From assembly GCA_030747675.1 (NCBI GenBank), contig JASLKH010000037.1:1-18330 (forward strand): DNA of 18,330 nucleotides. The letters are read 5' to 3'. The DNA is from Candidatus Thalassarchaeaceae archaeon. Its GTDB lineage: Archaea; Thermoplasmatota; Poseidoniia; Poseidoniales; Thalassarchaeaceae. Positions 1-7,379 of this stretch are shown here, in pieces. The position numbers and the translations under genes are program-made. The notes under the pieces are model-generated. The model saw only the letters and a list, made by a program, of their open reading frames with translations. It made no database searches and was not told the origin of the DNA. Each line of letters begins with the position of its first letter. The first letter of the stretch is position 1.

Positions 1-141
1 ACGCATCATTAAGTCGGCAAAGTTAATTCCGGCCCTATGGACTTCAATCAAGACCTCACCCTCATTCGGAGCAGGGGGTTCTTCTTCGATGATTTCAATA
101 GCTTCTAAGCCACCCCTTTGAGCATAAACGACACGTTTCAA
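1..141 (-). CDS. MDR-superfamily (NADPH:quinone reductase / VAT-1-like) oxidoreductase, N-terminal 47 codons, runs off the window start
   Basis: Manual translation from TTG at 141: MKRVVYAQRGGLEAIEIIEEEPPAPNEGEVLIEVHRAGINFADLMMR. GEVLI-V---G-NFAD is the typical MDR GroES-like N-terminus. GGAGG lies 7 nt upstream and the TTG overlaps the ferredoxin stop (TTGA). Not in the ORF track. Confidence 0.82.
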   Translation of the reverse strand, partial: MKRVVYAQRGGLEAIEIIEEEPPAPNEGEVLIEVHRAGINFADLMMR

Positions 142-467
142 TTTGAGACCTCCTGATTCATTAGCAGATGTTCTGCAATAGTTCCTGTTTGAAGATGTTC
201 GAGAAGTTCAGGAATATTCTCTTTACCCGTCAGAGTATACCATACACCTTCTGGATAAACAACACAAGATATTCCATGTTCACATTTACCCAAACATCCG
301 GCTTTCTGCACTCGGACGTTCGAGATGCCTTCTCTTTTTGCGGCAGTCTTCACTGCTTTCATTAGAACCAAGCTTTCCTTGGTTGCACAACATCCCTTAG
401 AATCACCCATTTCTCTTTCGTGGGCGCAGAAAAACATATGTCGATTAAATCCAGACATAAATCTCAC
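138..467 (-). CDS. Thioredoxin-like [2Fe-2S] ferredoxin
   Basis: FFC...GCC...GCLGKC...VVYPEGVWY pattern of the Trx-fold 2Fe-2S ferredoxin family. ATG overlaps the upstream stop (ATGA, 464-467). Confidence 0.9.
   Translation of the reverse strand: MRFMSGFNRHMFFCAHEREMGDSKGCCATKESLVLMKAVKTAAKREGISNVRVQKAGCLGKCEHGISCVVYPEGVWYTLTGKENIPELLEHLQTGTIAEHLLMNQEVSN
149..153 (-). promoter_or_regulatory. Shine-Dalgarno GGAGG for the TTG-start MDR gene
   Basis: Plus-strand CCTCC at 149-153, 7 nt from the TTG at 141. Confidence 0.6.
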
Positions 468-709
468 ATCATCGCATCAATTTCTTTGACGAGTTGCCAA
501 TCACGAGGAGATAATCCATCAATATCATGACTCCATGTACGAATCAAAACTTTCCCCCAACTAAGTTCGAATTCAGCGTGGTGATTTTGGCTTTCACAAA
601 TGGCACCAACCCTGTTTACGAATGATAGAGCGGCAGAAAAGTCAGGGAATGACCACACTCGTTCCAAATGGTGACTGTCAACCACTGTCCAATTTGGATG
701 ATGATCCAT
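464..709 (-). CDS. phhB: Pterin-4-alpha-carbinolamine dehydratase (PCD family), 81 aa
   Basis: LERVWSFPDFSAALSFVNRVG-ICESQNHHAEF...WSHD-DGLS-RD matches the PCD fold with its His cluster. Start moved from 853 to ATG 709, 4 nt after the upstream stop, which removes the overlap with the next gene. Confidence 0.9.
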   Translation of the reverse strand: MDHHPNWTVVDSHHLERVWSFPDFSAALSFVNRVGAICESQNHHAEFELSWGKVLIRTWSHDIDGLSPRDWQLVKEIDAMM

Positions 710-713
710 TAAT

Positions 714-1154
714 TCATCCCCATATGTGCTCGTCGCCGCCACCCTTGGATTCTTTTTCAACATCTTCATGGAGTTTCGCACGTCTTTTTTGGTCTTCTCT
801 TTCATAATGAAGGAGTTCAGTATCGTCAATGTATGGGGGGCGTAAATGGGCAATTAATTTCACTTCAACAACAATATCTCTAGATACCCATCGATACGAA
901 CCCTCTTGATCTAGTATCTCTAGACTCATTTTGTTGATTCCAATTAACCGTCCTCTAATGAAAAGTTCAGCATTCTCAATTAATGCACGAGGATCAAGTA
1001 AGATTTCGACAATATCATCCCTACGAATTCCACGACGCCTATCAATGAGGGGGCCAGTTAGAATATCCTCACAGACTTCCGGTTTCCCATAACTTTCCCA
1101 AATTGAAACAGCCCAATCGGGTAATTCTGGTGCTTTGTTAGTTCCTTTCGTCAT
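714..1154 (-). CDS. Hypothetical protein, possible Sm/LSm-like beta-barrel core with a charged C-terminal helix
   Basis: 146-aa ORF from ATG 1154 that fills the space and heads a tightly coupled minus-strand run. The fold guess rests only on the pattern DIVEILL...RGRLIGINKMSLEIL...RWVSRDIVVEVKL. Confidence 0.7.
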   Translation of the reverse strand: MTKGTNKAPELPDWAVSIWESYGKPEVCEDILTGPLIDRRRGIRRDDIVEILLDPRALIENAELFIRGRLIGINKMSLEILDQEGSYRWVSRDIVVEVKLIAHLRPPYIDDTELLHYEREDQKRRAKLHEDVEKESKGGGDEHIWG

Positions 1155-1255
1155 ACGCCTCGTAACTTCGAAATCCCCCTGACACTTGAACCGATGGGTA
1201 ATCACAGCCCCTTCATTGAAATGGGTTAGGCCCAGCGGCAACATGAGGGTGGCCC

Positions 1256-2371
1256 ATGGGTTCGGTAGTTTGGCGGAGTATCCCTACAGTACTAACTGTG
1301 GAAGAGTTACTCGATAAATCCTACAGTCGTGCTAAGAAGGCTGCAAATCAAGTAGTCGACAAAGACCGAATTTTTCGAACTCGCAAGCAAATGACCAGAA
1401 TGATTCAATCGGCAGGTGACAACCTTTCCTCTACTCTACTCGATTGGGTGCACCGATGGCCAAGTTTAGATCAGATGTCACCATTTGATGTAGCATTGGT
1501 CGAGGCTGCAGTTGGGTGCGATGACTACCGCCAAAGCCTTGGTGCCTGTCAATGGGCTGCAGGGATGTGCCAAGATATAACAATGCAAAATTGCAAAAAG
1601 TTGCGAAGAATGGTGAATTTACCTCCAATGCACGAAACCCGTCGAGAAGCCTATGGCCGCATTTCGAGTATCATAGGAAGAATTAGGGGAAATCTGGATT
1701 TCTTAAGGGATGCTAGAGACATATTACGCACTTTGCCAATGATTGATGCCTCAGAGCCGTGTATTGTAGTTGCAGGTGCCCCCAATGTAGGCAAATCAGC
1801 TCTTATCGCCTCAATGTCTTCTGGGAAACCAGAGATCGCCGAGTATCCTTTCACCACACAGCAGTTACATGTAGGTCATTTTGTAGATAGAAGAATCCGC
1901 TACCAATTAGTGGACACCCCTGGTTTATTGGATCGTCCGATGATTGAGAGGAATCAAATTGAGATGCAAGCAATTGCAGCCCTTGAACACGTAGGGGACC
2001 TCTGTCTTTTCCTAATGGACCCATCTGAAGCAGGGGGGACTAGTAGGGAATCACAACAAAATTTGTTGCAGGAGGTTGCAATGCTATTACCTCAAACCCC
2101 ACTGGTTGTTGTTGATGGAAAAGGTGACTTATTGGAAAATTTGGAACCTGAAGAATGGTCTGCTGTAGTCCAGATGGAGGCTGATTTATTAGAGAATCCA
2201 GATGGCCCAATTCCTGAAATTAGGAATCCCGAATCTGGCCATTTAGTAGTTAGTGGAACTATCCCAGCTGGAATTGCAAGGTTACAGTATGAAATCACAT
2301 CTAGGATTAAGAAGAATCAGGGCAATGACCCATTATCCTTGCCAGAAAATTGGCATCGAAATGATGAGTAA
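1256..2371 (+). CDS. NOG1-family (Obg-like) GTP-binding protein
   Basis: G1 GAPNVGKS, G2 YPFTT, G3 DTPGLLDRP, then ERNQIEMQAIAAL, preceded by a long helical NOG1 N-terminal domain. G4 reads GKGD rather than NKxD. Confidence 0.93.
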   Translation: MGSVVWRSIPTVLTVEELLDKSYSRAKKAANQVVDKDRIFRTRKQMTRMIQSAGDNLSSTLLDWVHRWPSLDQMSPFDVALVEAAVGCDDYRQSLGACQWAAGMCQDITMQNCKKLRRMVNLPPMHETRREAYGRISSIIGRIRGNLDFLRDARDILRTLPMIDASEPCIVVAGAPNVGKSALIASMSSGKPEIAEYPFTTQQLHVGHFVDRRIRYQLVDTPGLLDRPMIERNQIEMQAIAALEHVGDLCLFLMDPSEAGGTSRESQQNLLQEVAMLLPQTPLVVVDGKGDLLENLEPEEWSAVVQMEADLLENPDGPIPEIRNPESGHLVVSGTIPAGIARLQYEITSRIKKNQGNDPLSLPENWHRNDE

Positions 2372-2488
2372 TCAAATCGATGTAACGTGCCCGCACCTTG
2401 TGCAGAATACTTTGCGTTCTTGGAATTCAGTATCAAGCCCATCAAGTTGTATTGCAACTCCGCAACCTGCACAGCAAAACGCGCTCAT
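2372..2488 (-). CDS. 38-aa zinc-finger microprotein (CxxCG...CxxCGH)
   Basis: Manual translation MSAFCCAGCGVAIQLDGLDTEFQERKVFCTRCGHVTSI. GTGGGAG lies upstream of the ATG, and its TGA abuts the NOG1 TAA. Below the ORF-track cutoff. Confidence 0.75.
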   Translation of the reverse strand: MSAFCCAGCGVAIQLDGLDTEFQERKVFCTRCGHVTSI

Positions 2489-2531
2489 ACTTACTCCCAC
2501 TAGTATCCGGTTCTTGAACGACTCGCATCAA

Positions 2532-3116
2532 TTATTCCTTTTTACGCATGCTTGCAACCATCGGAAACGCCATGTGGAGACCTGATGCACATAACCCAAG
2601 ACCTACCAGAGCCAGTAATGCTGAAAACCAAGTAGCTAGATGTACTGACCATTCGGTAGTAACTGTATTTTCTCCCAATCCATCTGAACCAGTTTGCCCC
2701 CCTGTCACGAATCGAACACTACCTGGTTCTAGTGAATGATAAACATCACCTTCATTTTCAGGCCCACCAGCCAAGAATTTGTAATCAGATGCAGTGCAAT
2801 TTGTCAATCCAGTTTCATCTGGTGGGCAAGATTTTGCATATTTCGAATCAACAATTCCAATCCATGATTTTTCATCCAATTCAAGTGAAATTTCAAGTTC
2901 AACATTAAGTAAGAAAAATGCAGATGGGACATCAAGGTCTTCACTGGTCATCCCGGTTGGACACAATTCTTCATCCATTCCAACACATCCTAGCACTGGG
3001 ATTTCTTCCTCAATACTACCTGATGCAAATCCAAGCATCGAAATGAGGACCAATAATATGCAAATTGAACCTGTTGCAAATGGAAGAATAGATAAAACAC
3101 GCACCATTATTGACAA
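2532..3116 (-). CDS. Hypothetical membrane protein (N- and C-terminal hydrophobic segments around an acidic, Cys-containing domain)
   Basis: Hydrophobic N-terminus (VLSILPFATGSICILLVLISMLGFA) and C-terminus (WFSALLALVGLGLCASGLHMAF). GAGGGGG lies 7 nt before TTG 3116; ATG 3107 is an alternative start. Confidence 0.78.
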   Translation of the reverse strand: MSIMVRVLSILPFATGSICILLVLISMLGFASGSIEEEIPVLGCVGMDEELCPTGMTSEDLDVPSAFFLLNVELEISLELDEKSWIGIVDSKYAKSCPPDETGLTNCTASDYKFLAGGPENEGDVYHSLEPGSVRFVTGGQTGSDGLGENTVTTEWSVHLATWFSALLALVGLGLCASGLHMAFPMVASMRKKE

Positions 3117-3128
3117 TTTTAAACCCCC

Positions 3129-3446
3129 TCATGCGGCATTGAGAACTATTGGTAGAATTAGGGCAAGAACCATAATCGCCGGAGCGACATACAATAGAAT
3201 ATTCCAGCGTTTCCTCTGCCGTTCTCGATTCTCATATTCATCGTTACACCCTCCATCTCCACAAATTGGGGGGTCCCGCTTTAATTTGATTGGTGTATGA
3301 CAAATAGTGCAATGACGGTGAGGTGCGACATAAGCCGAGGAGTTTGGCGATTTAGGAAGCCCAGTACCTTGTTTTTTCTTTGATTCACCTTCTTTTGAAC
3401 GAACCACATTTGCTCGTATCTGATCTGCAAGTTTTTCCTTTGCCAT
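3129..3446 (-). CDS. DUF2116-family Zn-ribbon protein with C-terminal TM helix
   Basis: PHRHCTICHTPI...PICGDGGC followed by a basic stretch and hydrophobic tail (WNILLYVAPAIMVLALILPIVL). Start moved to ATG 3446, 4 nt after the pyrH stop. Confidence 0.8.
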   Translation of the reverse strand: MAKEKLADQIRANVVRSKEGESKKKQGTGLPKSPNSSAYVAPHRHCTICHTPIKLKRDPPICGDGGCNDEYENRERQRKRWNILLYVAPAIMVLALILPIVLNAA

Positions 3447-3450
3447 TGTA

Positions 3451-4158
3451 TCAACCAACCGTAATCCTAGTTCCTTTGAATTCATTTCCAGAAAGAGCAG
3501 ATGCCAAGCGTTCTACTTTTCGCCCATCGATAACAGCCAAAGGGAGACTGTAATCAATCGCTGCTTGCACACCTACAGGGTCAATAACACCCGAACCCCC
3601 AGCCTTTCCATGCACTGGTGGGCCTACGATTTCCTGAAGTTTTTCAAGTGTCATGGATTCTATAGAACGAGCATTTGAATTGATTTTCGGATCTGAATCA
3701 TATACATAATCGACATTTGTTGCGATAATACATTGTGTGGCTTTTGCATCGATTGCTAGACGAATAGCAACATTGTCAGTTGTATGTCCCGGACTTGTCC
3801 CCCCCATTACGACAATTTGATGATTTTCTAGTGCCCTTGCGGCTGCAGTTGTGTCTGAAGGAATCCCATTACAAACATCTAGTCCCGAATGACTCAGTGT
3901 TTGGGCGACAATAGTTGCGTTTAATCGAGTGGCTGCAATTCCGATTTCATCAAGCGCAGCGACGTCTTCAATCAATGGTTTAGCAATTGTTATTGCATCT
4001 CGAGCCGGTACACCACCACCAATTACCAAGCCGATTCTCCCTCCTGAACCAACATGTTCACTAACAGCCTCCTTTACTTGATCAAGCCAAACGTGCCTTT
4101 CAACTTCATCCGGGTGTAGTAAACTACCTCCCAAAGCCACGACAACAGGGGGTTCCAT
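3451..4158 (-). CDS. pyrH: Uridylate kinase, archaeal type
   Basis: VVVALGGSLL, VIGGG, DEIGIAATRLNA, GGTSPGHTTD, TNVDYVYDSDP motifs. Confidence 0.93.
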   Translation of the reverse strand: MEPPVVVALGGSLLHPDEVERHVWLDQVKEAVSEHVGSGGRIGLVIGGGVPARDAITIAKPLIEDVAALDEIGIAATRLNATIVAQTLSHSGLDVCNGIPSDTTAAARALENHQIVVMGGTSPGHTTDNVAIRLAIDAKATQCIIATNVDYVYDSDPKINSNARSIESMTLEKLQEIVGPPVHGKAGGSGVIDPVGVQAAIDYSLPLAVIDGRKVERLASALSGNEFKGTRITVG

Positions 4159-4236
4159 TGGTTATCGCGTAGCGCATCCACCACATGACGCCTTCGGCTA
4201 TTTGACAGGTTTTTTTGGGTCTTTGTACTGGGTTTA

Positions 4237-4253
4237 CGCCGACGTAGTCGGCG
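4237..4253. other. GC-rich hairpin CGCCGAC-GTA-GTCGGCG in the pyrH/aRF1 divergent intergenic region
   Basis: Perfect 7-bp inverted repeat with a 3-nt loop, read directly. Function unknown. Confidence 0.55.
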
Positions 4254-4288
4254 GTAGGATTGAAGGGGGTCGCCTATTCGTTGGGCTC

Positions 4289-4293
4289 GGAGG
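4289..4293 (+). promoter_or_regulatory. Shine-Dalgarno GGAGG for aRF1
   Basis: GGAGG 7 nt upstream of the in-frame GTG at 4301. Confidence 0.65.
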
Positions 4294-4300
4294 CGTAATC

Positions 4301-5554
4301 GTGGCAGAAGATCTTGAGACTCAACAGCGACGCCTTCGAGCAAAGAATAGCCTCGAAGATTTGCAGAAAATGCGAGGGATGGGTACCGAATTAGTGACAG
4401 TAATATTGCCACCAGACCGCCAAATACATGATGTTAGGCAGCAATTATCGCAAGAAATCGGACAAGCCCAGAATATCAAATCAAAGCAAACTAAGAAGCA
4501 TGTTTCGGATGCAATTGAATCAGCATCTAGTGCAATAGGGAGATATCGAGAAACACCTGAACATGGTTTGGCAGTCTTTACTGGACATGTGATTATTGGA
4601 AATAATAAAACTAGAATGGTGACAGTCGTAATTGATGATCCTCCTGAACCCTTTAGATCATTCAGGTATCGTTGTGACAGTACATTTGAAACAAGTCAAC
4701 TGGAAGACATGTTGGTTGACAAAACCTGCTATGGTTTATTTGTAATCGATCGTGGAGAAGCAGCTTATGGCATTGCAAGTGGAAAGCGTGTCCATTGCCA
4801 AGAAGAGTTGGAATCGAATATTATGGGTAAACACAGGCAAGGTGGCCAATCCGCCCAGAGGTTTGAGCGTTTGATTGAAGAAGCAGCGCACAAATTTTTC
4901 AAGCGTGCTACTGAACATGCAAATGAGTATTGGTTACCAATGATTTCGGATATGAAAGGAATCATAGTAGGGGGTCCCGGTGCGACAAAAGATTTCGTAG
5001 TGAAAAATGACTATTTTCACCACGAAATAAAGAAATTGATACGTTCACCTCATTTCGACGTTGGTTATTCAAATGAATCTGGATTGCGCGAATTGGTCCA
5101 AAGGGCTGGGTCATTAATGCATGAGATTGAATTAGATGCAGAACGTAATTTGGTTGACCAATTTTTGGCTGAAGTGATGCGTGCCCACCCAAAGGCAACA
5201 TATGGTGAAATGATGATTCGAGCAGCGTTAGAACAAGGAGCAGTTGACACATTACTTCTATCAGAGGGTCTCAAATCGTTCAGGATGGCATACTCTTGCA
5301 GACAATGCAATCACGAATGGGTTGTTACTAGTCAGCGATTAGTTGAGATTCCCCCTTGCCCATCATGCCAAGCATCTGCAGACCAGGTTCGTCAAAATGA
5401 AGAGAAGATTATATCGTTGATTGATGAGTTAACAATTTTGGCTAGTCAATCATCTTCTAAGGTAAAATTAATTTCTTTGGAAACAGAAGAAGGAGCCACT
5501 TTGATGCAAGCATTTGGTGGAATTGCAGCACTTCTTCGATATGCTTGGAGTTGA
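4301..5554 (+). CDS. prf1: Archaeal peptide chain release factor aRF1, 417 aa
   Basis: NIKS (AQNIKSKQT), YxCxxxF (YRCDSTF), GGQ (GKHRQGGQSAQRF) and C-terminal AFGGIAALLRY. Start moved from TTG 4202 to GTG 4301, which has an SD. Confidence 0.97.
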   Translation: MAEDLETQQRRLRAKNSLEDLQKMRGMGTELVTVILPPDRQIHDVRQQLSQEIGQAQNIKSKQTKKHVSDAIESASSAIGRYRETPEHGLAVFTGHVIIGNNKTRMVTVVIDDPPEPFRSFRYRCDSTFETSQLEDMLVDKTCYGLFVIDRGEAAYGIASGKRVHCQEELESNIMGKHRQGGQSAQRFERLIEEAAHKFFKRATEHANEYWLPMISDMKGIIVGGPGATKDFVVKNDYFHHEIKKLIRSPHFDVGYSNESGLRELVQRAGSLMHEIELDAERNLVDQFLAEVMRAHPKATYGEMMIRAALEQGAVDTLLLSEGLKSFRMAYSCRQCNHEWVVTSQRLVEIPPCPSCQASADQVRQNEEKIISLIDELTILASQSSSKVKLISLETEEGATLMQAFGGIAALLRYAWS

Positions 5555-5558
5555 ACAA

Positions 5559-7292
5559 ATGCGGGATTTAATTGAAGAAGTTCTTCCAGTATTTGAAATT
5601 GCAATAAACAAAGTTGGTATTGAAGGAAATCACTGGAAATCAATGCTTGGGCGTTCTAGGGAAGCAAGCCAAGGTGACATTTCATTACCGTGTTTTCCAT
5701 TTTCTAAACAATTGAGGTTAGCACCAGATGTTATCGCTGAATCAATTGTTGAGTATATTGATTCATCATTACCTTCAATCGGAGAAGTGACTGCTTCTGG
5801 TGGATATGTTAACATTCGGGCTGATATTGAATGGCTAATGGATCGATTACTCTCCCCTCAAGAAAAGCAAAGTCAAGAGCGCATCTTGATAGAACATACT
5901 TCTGCTAATCCAAATGGCCCATTCCATGTGGGTCGGGCACGAAATGCAGTTCTCGGAGATACATTTGTTCGGATGTACCGTGCAGCCGGTCAAGACGTGA
6001 CAGCTGAGTATTACGTTGATGATATGGGTAAGCAAGTTGGAATTTTGTGCTGGGCTTTAGAAAATTTAACTATAGAAAATGTCGAATCAATACTAGAAAA
6101 AGCGAATATAGAAACTGAGTTAGGGCCTCATGGAGATAAGGCTGATCACCAACGTGTACTATGGTACCAAGCCGCAAATGCGCTGAAGGAAAAAGACCCC
6201 TCGGTAGATGCAGGTGTTACTGAATTGATTCAACTTTCAGAAGAAGCTGATCCTGATGTATTATCTAGATTTGAATCTGCATACCAGCCCGTGTTAGATG
6301 GAATGCTGGAAACACTGGCTAGGATGGGAATTTCTTTCGATTCCTTCACAAAGGAAAGTCGTTTTATTGTCGATGGAAGTGTTGAAGTTTTGATGGATTC
6401 CTTAGAAAATAGTGAGTTGCATGGAACCGCTGAAAACGGTGCTCACTTCTTAGAACTCGAAACCAAAGGTGTGAAAGGGAAATCAACAAAATTCTTCTAC
6501 AGAAGAGGGGATGGTTCGAGCCTTTATGCAACACGTGACTTAGCATATCATCAATGGAAGTGGAGTCAAGCAAATCGCTTATTGAATATACTTGGCGAGG
6601 ATCACAAGTTACAATCCAAGCAAGTTGGAATTGCACTTGAAGAATTAAAAATTAAAAATCCAGATGTTGTATTTTATGCATTTACTAAATTGGCTGATGG
6701 GAAAATGAGTACAAGGAGGGGAAACGTCGTCTTCATGGACGATCTTCTTGATGAGGCTCAAGGCCGTGCATTGGCAGTAGTTCAAGAGATTCGATCCGAT
6801 ATTGAAGAGGAATCATTAGCAAAAATTTCCGAAGCAGTGGGTGTTTCTTCAACACGATTCAATATCGCTAGGATATCTCCTGAAAAAGGAATTACATTTA
6901 GGTGGGAAGATGCCCTATCGCTTGAGAAAGATAGTGCTCCATTTATCATGTATAGCCATGCTCGTTCGTGTTCAATATCACGACGTGCTGGAGCACAGTT
7001 ACTCCCCACTGGTGTTGACATGAAGGTTTTAGATGAAACTGCAATTGCCTTGATTCGACGAATGGCTAAAATGCAGGATGAATTGCAAAATGCAATTCAA
7101 TTGGCCCGACCAAATTTATTCTGTGATTGGTTGAGTGGAATGGCTGGCGATTACAATCGCTTTTATCGTGAAAATCACGTTGTAGTGGGAGATGAAATAA
7201 ATCTTCAAAACTTGCTACTAAATGAATTGGCTCGCGACCATCTTAGAAGAGGGTGTGATGCAGTGGGAATTATTCCGCTTGAAGAAATGTAA
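5559..7292 (+). CDS. argS: Arginyl-tRNA synthetase
   Basis: EHTSANPNGPFHVGRARN (HIGH-like), YYVDDMGKQ, RGDGSSLYATRDLAYH, GKMSTRRG, PFIMYSHAR. Start moved to ATG 5559, 4 nt after the aRF1 stop. Confidence 0.97.
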   Translation: MRDLIEEVLPVFEIAINKVGIEGNHWKSMLGRSREASQGDISLPCFPFSKQLRLAPDVIAESIVEYIDSSLPSIGEVTASGGYVNIRADIEWLMDRLLSPQEKQSQERILIEHTSANPNGPFHVGRARNAVLGDTFVRMYRAAGQDVTAEYYVDDMGKQVGILCWALENLTIENVESILEKANIETELGPHGDKADHQRVLWYQAANALKEKDPSVDAGVTELIQLSEEADPDVLSRFESAYQPVLDGMLETLARMGISFDSFTKESRFIVDGSVEVLMDSLENSELHGTAENGAHFLELETKGVKGKSTKFFYRRGDGSSLYATRDLAYHQWKWSQANRLLNILGEDHKLQSKQVGIALEELKIKNPDVVFYAFTKLADGKMSTRRGNVVFMDDLLDEAQGRALAVVQEIRSDIEEESLAKISEAVGVSSTRFNIARISPEKGITFRWEDALSLEKDSAPFIMYSHARSCSISRRAGAQLLPTGVDMKVLDETAIALIRRMAKMQDELQNAIQLARPNLFCDWLSGMAGDYNRFYRENHVVVGDEINLQNLLLNELARDHLRRGCDAVGIIPLEEM

Positions 7293-7294
7293 CC

Positions 7295-7375
7295 CTATTC
7301 TTCTTCAAAAAATCGCTCAATTTCCTCACCAGCACCGAAAATTGAGGCGAAAATTGCTGAAATCCAATTTACCAT
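7295..7375 (-). CDS. Putative 26-aa peptide MVNWISAIFASIFGAGEEIERFFEEE
   Basis: ATG 7375 lies 4 nt after the upstream stop with GAGTGA just before it. TAG ends 2 nt from the argS stop, so it fills an otherwise empty 87-nt gap. No homology evidence. Confidence 0.45.
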   Translation of the reverse strand: MVNWISAIFASIFGAGEEIERFFEEE

Positions 7376-7379
7376 GTCA

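Noticed and set aside
710-853. N-terminal extension of PCD in the ORF track
   Set aside because: It overlaps the upstream gene in another frame. ATG 709 gives a typical-size PCD.
2372-2488. Possibility that the microprotein is RNA polymerase subunit P (Rpo12)
   Set aside because: It ends 6 residues after the last Cys and lacks the basic RIL-K-R-type tail, so it was kept as an unnamed zinc finger.
4202-4207. TTGACA, a perfect bacterial -35 hexamer upstream of aRF1
   Set aside because: No convincing -10 at 16-18 nt, and the host genes are archaeal. Likely chance.
4202-4300. 33-aa N-terminal extension of aRF1 in the ORF track
   Set aside because: GGAGG + GTG at 4301 gives a normal-length aRF1, and the extension has no aRF1-like features.
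4074-4412. Minus-strand 112-aa ORF with a basic RRLRRRK stretch
   Set aside because: It overlaps both pyrH (out of frame) and aRF1 (antisense), has no family motif, and is best explained as a shadow ORF.
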